DNA from: Elainellaceae cyanobacterium
GTDB taxonomy: Bacteria; Cyanobacteriota; Cyanobacteriia; CAZCXK01
Length of the DNA stretch: 64,000 bases
NCBI GenBank assembly: GCA_051117555.1
Contig: JBNPEG010000017.1
Span: 17,049 to 81,048 of the forward strand
Reading direction: 5' to 3'
This document shows positions 58,824 to 64,000 of this stretch, piece by piece. Under the pieces are notes generated by a model that saw only the letters and a program-made list of their open reading frames with translations, was not told the origin of the DNA and did no database searches. The position numbers were made by a program, and so were the translations under genes. Position 1 is the stretch's first letter; the number at the start of each line of letters is the position of its first letter.

Positions 58824-60803
58824 TTACGCACTCACGAAGCTGCTCTCACTAATCGAATTGAGATTGGTATTCCGGAGGGTTGCTAGCTGATCTCTGCCAG
58901 CCCGAATCAGAAGATTGCGGCCATCCTGTTCGAAGGTGAGATCATCGAAGCTGAGCTGCTCAGATAAACCAAGGCGATCGGCTCGTTGGAAACTCCGGAT
59001 CAGGTCAGTACCTGCCCCTCTAGACAGCACGAAGATATCTGCGCCACCCCCACCAATTAGGAGGTCATTTCCTGCCCCCCCGTCAAGAATGTCGTTTCCA
59101 GAACCACCCCGGAGAGTATCATTACCGCCACCCCCGAGTAGGATGTCATCTCCAGCACCGCCGAGTAGCGTATCTCCGCTCACGCCGCCAGAGAGAATGT
59201 CATCGCCTCCTCGACCTACGAGGCGATCGCGACCTCCGCCCCCTTCAAAGCGATCGGTTTCACGACCTCCAATCAGGCGATCGCCCCGACCATTACCAAA
59301 CACCGTGCCGTTGACGACTCCTTGTGAACCATCGTACAGATCTTGTCCACCCGTAAGATTTACATCCCCTTCGATGGTGCCCTGGTTAATGATGGTGATA
59401 TTGCCTTGAGCGTCGCCCGCTTCGATGGCAAGCAACCCTCCGTCAGACAGTCCACCTAGAATGGTGCCTGTATTGATAATCTGACCATTGAAGCGCACGG
59501 CATCGTCAATAAACAGAGCCGCGCCGTTCTCAGCGGCCAGAGTACCCGAGTTTTCGATATTGCCATTAAAGACTGATATATCGGCAGGTTCGCTGGGGCT
59601 ATGATAAAGCTGAATGGCTGCCGATTGATTGTCGCCGATGGCGACGCCCCGTCCTTGAATCAAACCAGCGTTGATAATAGATCCGGTGATATTGGCGCCA
59701 AGCTCAAAGGCGATCGCGTCTCCATCATTACCTTCGCCCACATCGATAATGCCTGTTTCTAGGTTTTGCACCGAATAGTTGTTTGCTGTGACATCACTGT
59801 AAACGGTGCCATTACGAGGGCTATCACTCGTTGTAATGAGTCCTTCGTTAATAATCGTATTCTGGTTGCCGCCGATGTTGATGGCACGACTGGTGCTAGT
59901 GATGGTGCCTAGATTTCGCACAATTCCCGACACTTGCCCGCCATTATCGAAACTGATGCCGTCTCGCCCTCCGTTAATTAGCCCCGTGTTAACAATTTCT
60001 CCATTAAGCTGGCTACCATTTTCAAGGCGAATGCCAACACCATTTTCCGGATTTGGACTTTCAATCGTGCCACCGTTAATGATAGAACCGTTCAACACCA
60101 CACCATCTTCGATGACAACTGCCGGACCATTCTCAGCCGACAGAAGCCCAACATTCACGATTGAGCCCGTAAATGTTGATGTTCCTTGGACTCCGCCGCC
60201 TAAATATAAGCGAACGGCTGACGATTGATTATTGCCCACTGCTACACCGCGACCGTAGATGGTGCCTTCATTGAAAACCTCGCCGCTGACCTGAGATCCG
60301 AGTTCTAACGAAATAGCATCTCCATCATTGCCTTCACCGACATCAACAATACCCGTTGATAGATTGCGAATGACTATGTTTGGGGCGGTGACATCGCCGT
60401 AGATGGTGCCATTACGAGGGCTAGAATCTGTGCGAATTTCACCCGTGTTGATAACTGTATTCAGCAATCCACCCAGGTTAATGGCACGACTATCACTCGT
60501 AATAGTGCCGTTGTTGAAAATCGTGGCAGAAAATTGCCCGCCATTTTCGACATTGATACCGTTGAAGGCTCCATCAATCAAGCCATCATTGGTAATGGTA
60601 GAATCGATGCCTTCCGCTTGGATTGCGGTTCCATCGCTTTGGATGACTCCGCCTAGCTCAACATCAACTAGATTTTGGCTACTTTGGATCAGGACACCCG
60701 GATCGGCGATGATTTGTCCTTCGACGGTGACGGAATCACCGGGGTTCAAGAGTTCTACGCCATCAGTGTTGACTTGTCCGCTTGGAATGATGATATCTGG
60801 CAT
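58824..60803 (-). CDS. RTX/hemolysin-type calcium-binding protein with beta-helical repeats
   Basis: GGxGxDxLx nonapeptides at C-terminus; IxNxGxI repeats; GGAG RBS supports ATG 60803. Confidence 0.9.
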   Translation of the reverse strand: MPDIIIPSGQVNTDGVELLNPGDSVTVEGQIIADPGVLIQSSQNLVDVELGGVIQSDGTAIQAEGIDSTITNDGLIDGAFNGINVENGGQFSATIFNNGTITSDSRAINLGGLLNTVINTGEIRTDSSPRNGTIYGDVTAPNIVIRNLSTGIVDVGEGNDGDAISLELGSQVSGEVFNEGTIYGRGVAVGNNQSSAVRLYLGGGVQGTSTFTGSIVNVGLLSAENGPAVVIEDGVVLNGSIINGGTIESPNPENGVGIRLENGSQLNGEIVNTGLINGGRDGISFDNGGQVSGIVRNLGTITSTSRAINIGGNQNTIINEGLITTSDSPRNGTVYSDVTANNYSVQNLETGIIDVGEGNDGDAIAFELGANITGSIINAGLIQGRGVAIGDNQSAAIQLYHSPSEPADISVFNGNIENSGTLAAENGAALFIDDAVRFNGQIINTGTILGGLSDGGLLAIEAGDAQGNITIINQGTIEGDVNLTGGQDLYDGSQGVVNGTVFGNGRGDRLIGGRETDRFEGGGGRDRLVGRGGDDILSGGVSGDTLLGGAGDDILLGGGGNDTLRGGSGNDILDGGAGNDLLIGGGGADIFVLSRGAGTDLIRSFQRADRLGLSEQLSFDDLTFEQDGRNLLIRAGRDQLATLRNTNLNSISESSFVSA

Positions 60804-61450
60804 GATTGATACTCCGTTGTAGAAATGAGGTTTGACTGGATTAACAATCAACTCCCCGCACATCAGACCTCGCTTAGTGAAGTGCGCACCAGCCTCCATA
60901 CCCACCGTTTTGACAGCACAAACCGAACGACACGGGTCGATTAGGTCTAACGGGCAGGATAGATTGGCAAAATGCTCGGTGAACTGACTCGCCAGGTAGA
61001 GGGCTAGCTTCGACAATCGAGAGCCTTCATCAGGAGAATCAATTCGGATTTAGAGGATCTAAGGACTCAACCTCGGGCGATCGCAGGCAATTCTTTGGAT
61101 GTGTAACAGAAAGAGCATCGCTGTTTTACAGTCCATTCCTGCGAGCCAACGGTGTGAGCAAAGGGGAATGTTTTCTGAGTGCGTTGGGGTTGAATGCTTA
61201 CAGTCTTAGTTGTACAGGTTTGGCTTAGGTCGGTCGATACAGGAATGTTATGGAGTCGAATAAAGCATCCCAATTACCCTGGCAGAAACCCACGATGATG
61301 TCTGGAGGGCATGGATTGCAGCAATTTCACTAAAATCTAAAACGACAACATCGTGAGGCAGTCCAATTTTGTTTCACTCATCAAACTGATCAGAGTGAAA
61401 CAAAGTGAGACGATTCAACAGGACTTACGCAAACCCTACGCTAAACCTAG

Positions 61451-61567
61451 TGGTTTGAAATGCCTAAATTAGTGCAAATCCTTAAAGGGCTGAAGCTCTT
61501 GAATCCGGTGCGTTACGCTGCGCTAACGACACCCTACCTAATGTACTATTTTAGCTGTGCCACGCCA
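61451..61567. mobile_element. 117-bp MITE, copy 2 (CTAG target duplication)
   Basis: Same length and near-identical sequence to 26085-26201; flanked by CTAG both sides. Confidence 0.88.
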
Positions 61568-61671
61568 CTAGGTTCAAGAATGGGAATTTGCATACGTCCT
61601 GTTCAATTCTGAGGTATCTTGTAATCATCCCTTTATTCAGCAACGCTTTTTATAGGATTGCGCGTCTCATT

Positions 61672-62733
61672 TCAAACCTCTTGTAACGTATCTGACTCGT
61701 CCGTCGAGATTACTCGAACCATATCTGAAATACGTTTCACAGAACTTGCCGATGGCACGGCCAATAGCAAGCCTAGAATACCTCCCAGTTTGACCCCAAC
61801 CAGTAGAGACACCACAACTACTGCTGGATTCAAACCAGTAATACCGCCTAGTAATCTTGGAGCAACAACATTATCGTTGAGTTGCCCAAGGATAATAGAT
61901 GCAATAAGAACTTTACTTCCCAACCAAACATCTTGAAACGTCAGCAACAGACTCACGATCAGGATGGCAACTGTTCCGCCAAACGGAATCACGCTTGCAA
62001 TCCCGATGCCAAGACCAAATAGAAGCCCGAACGGAACGTTTAAGGCAATAAAAGCAAGAGAAAGGGCAATGCTTAAAATTGATGCAATGATGGCCTGTCC
62101 GACGAAGTAGCCTTGGAAGCTTTTTTGGAGCGACGTCTTAACTTTATTGTTCCAGTTTGGTGGAAGCCAGCTCAGGAAACCATTCCAAAGCCGTTTGCCA
62201 TTGAGAACCAGCAAAATAGTCAGGACAATTGTGACCAGTAAATTAACTGCACTGTTGATTGTATCGAGGGTGAGAGAAATAACTTGACTGGTTAGAGATT
62301 TGAGCGTAGTTGAAAGCTGTTTGGTAAATTGGGTCGTGATTTCAGTAAAGTCAATTGGGAGATATTGAAGGATAGATTGCTCGTCTAGGGAAAGTAGTTG
62401 TTTTCTACCTTCCTCAATCCAAATGGGTAATCGATTGGCAAATTCTACCAGTTGCTGAAAAACCAGGGGACCCACAAACAGTCCTACGATGCTGAAGATA
62501 AAAAGGGCTGACAGTAAGACTAATGCGATCGCCCATCCCCGTTTCACATCCTGTTTTTCTAAGAAGCTGATCGGATAGTCTAGTAAAAATGCAATCAGGC
62601 TGGCCGTTAAAACGATATTGGTAATAGGTTGCAAATATTCGAGTGCTAAGAGAATGAGCCAACCATTTACAAAGATTATGGGAAATGCAAAGCCAATAGT
62701 CAGCCAGCGAGGAAATTTTTGATCGGAAAACAT
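61672..62733 (-). CDS. AI-2E family transporter
   Basis: IAFLLDYP, IPFGG, DNVVAPRLLG...GLNP, GLLLAVP. Confidence 0.92.
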   Translation of the reverse strand: MFSDQKFPRWLTIGFAFPIIFVNGWLILLALEYLQPITNIVLTASLIAFLLDYPISFLEKQDVKRGWAIALVLLSALFIFSIVGLFVGPLVFQQLVEFANRLPIWIEEGRKQLLSLDEQSILQYLPIDFTEITTQFTKQLSTTLKSLTSQVISLTLDTINSAVNLLVTIVLTILLVLNGKRLWNGFLSWLPPNWNNKVKTSLQKSFQGYFVGQAIIASILSIALSLAFIALNVPFGLLFGLGIGIASVIPFGGTVAILIVSLLLTFQDVWLGSKVLIASIILGQLNDNVVAPRLLGGITGLNPAVVVVSLLVGVKLGGILGLLLAVPSASSVKRISDMVRVISTDESDTLQEV

Positions 62734-62828
62734 GTTGTGCCTCAGACATGAGGAGGGATGATTATGATTACTTTATCGTAATCTTTCTGAGGGCATGACG
62801 ACTTTAGGCGCGATCGCCTGTCGTGTCT

Positions 62829-64000
62829 TTATAGAGAACGACTAGGGGATGACTGTTGAGCAGTTTGAATAGATTGAGTAGGCTGTTGAACGTCGGGATT
62901 AAATGCAAGCCCAAGCTGGGCACGAAACTCGTCGTCATAGTTTGCCAACGCCCAGTTTTTAGCTTGCTTAATCTGCTCAGGAGTCAGCCCGATCGCGTCC
63001 GTGAGGTCAGCCCCATTCAAATCAGTTTGGGTTAGGACTGCATTGGTGAGATCGGCTTGGCGAAGAATCGCACCCGTCAGGTCAGCTCCGATCAGCTCAG
63101 TGTTATTAAGGAGGGCGTTGGTGAGATTTGCGCTTCGCAGGTTGGCACACTGTTTGGGGCGATCGCTGTCAGCGGTGATTCCTTGAGTAGAGCCCTCACC
63201 TGACAGGGGCTGGCAGTTGAGTTTTGCGCCCGTTAAATCTGCCTCAACGAGAGTTGCTTTTCTCAGATTAATGCCATTGAGCGTTGCATTCATGAGCTGT
63301 GCACGATTCAAGGTTGCATCACTCAACTCAACAAGGTTTAGGGTCTTGCCGACTAAATTTGCCTCCGTATCGATTCGGTAGGTGTTCGCATTTTCCAAGA
63401 TGGATCGAGACGCTTCAGTTGCGATACCCCGAAGAGTTGCATCATTGTACTGAACGCCATCTAATATAGTTTGGCTCAAATCCGCATTCCCCAATACGGC
63501 ATTGGTAAGATTGGCTCCGCTGAGATTAGCATTTTCCAATCGATTCACCTCACAACCAGTGCCAAGCGTCGAATCACATGAAAAATCAATGCGTTGGAGG
63601 TCGGCATTATTTAATTGAGCATTTCTAAGAATTGCGCCCTGGAGCTTAGCCTCTGAAAGCCTTGCACGCTGTAGTTGAGCACCCGTTAAATCTGCATTTT
63701 GCAGGAATGCTCCCCACAAGCCTGCACCCTGCATTCGGGCATTCTTAAGTTCAGCAGACTGGAGGTTAATCTCGGGGAGAAATGCTCCTTCGACGGCGAG
63801 TCCGCGCAGGCTAATGCAGTCTGGCATAAAATTCTGAACTACGGGAAATTTTCGTAGGGTTTCTCCCATCTCGCCATACGCGCATCCTGCGGTCAGGGTT
63901 TGCAGTGCCTCAATACGTCCAGCACTTTCTGTCAGTTCTCTAGCATCTCGAACGGTTTCCCAGGCTCGGTTATGAGCTTCCTTCTTGCGCGTATCGGCTT
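62829..64000 (-). CDS. Pentapeptide repeat protein (5' end outside the window)
   Basis: A(D/N)LxxA repeats; frame stays open from 63869 to the window edge (ADTRKKEAHNRAWETVRDA...GRIEALQTL). Confidence 0.9.
   Translation of the reverse strand, partial: ADTRKKEAHNRAWETVRDARELTESAGRIEALQTLTAGCAYGEMGETLRKFPVVQNFMPDCISLRGLAVEGAFLPEINLQSAELKNARMQGAGLWGAFLQNADLTGAQLQRARLSEAKLQGAILRNAQLNNADLQRIDFSCDSTLGTGCEVNRLENANLSGANLTNAVLGNADLSQTILDGVQYNDATLRGIATEASRSILENANTYRIDTEANLVGKTLNLVELSDATLNRAQLMNATLNGINLRKATLVEADLTGAKLNCQPLSGEGSTQGITADSDRPKQCANLRSANLTNALLNNTELIGADLTGAILRQADLTNAVLTQTDLNGADLTDAIGLTPEQIKQAKNWALANYDDEFRAQLGLAFNPDVQQPTQSIQTAQQSSPSRSL

Noticed and set aside
58915-60822. Plus-strand ORFs opposite the RTX gene
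   Set aside because: Antisense shadows of a Gly/Asn-rich coding sequence; the same applies to most short ORFs nested in called genes.
60804-61016. N-terminal extension of the RTX ORF
   Set aside because: Composition unlike the rest of the protein; an RBS sits right before ATG 60803.

Overview
Cyanobacterial chromosomal window (HIP1 GCGATCGC is everywhere, often as GGCGATCGCC; rpaA, zds/crtQ, CP12, NdhR/CmpR-type LysR, SyCRP1-like crp, mgdE, menD/menF, aroK, argB, scpA, cugP). It is mostly housekeeping and transport genes; no rRNA, tRNA, CRISPR array or transposase was recognised. The unusual signal is in the intergenic DNA and small ORFs: (1) a secreted protein made almost entirely of ten 16-aa repeats next to a secreted amidase; (2) two distant promoters sharing an 11-bp-phased TCAG repeat architecture, one of them near an atypical MprA-like OmpR regulator; (3) two unrelated 21-bp tandem arrays, one split by a 182-bp MITE with a 9-bp target duplication and a nested short repeat; (4) at least three MITE families, one of which supplies the menD stop codon; (5) small ORFs missed or mis-started by the ORF track, including a probable AtpTheta (atpT) and a 46-aa membrane peptide behind a ferric-reductase-like gene; (6) candidate LysR, CRP and GbsR operators. 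All family calls come from motif reading and recall; no database search was run.
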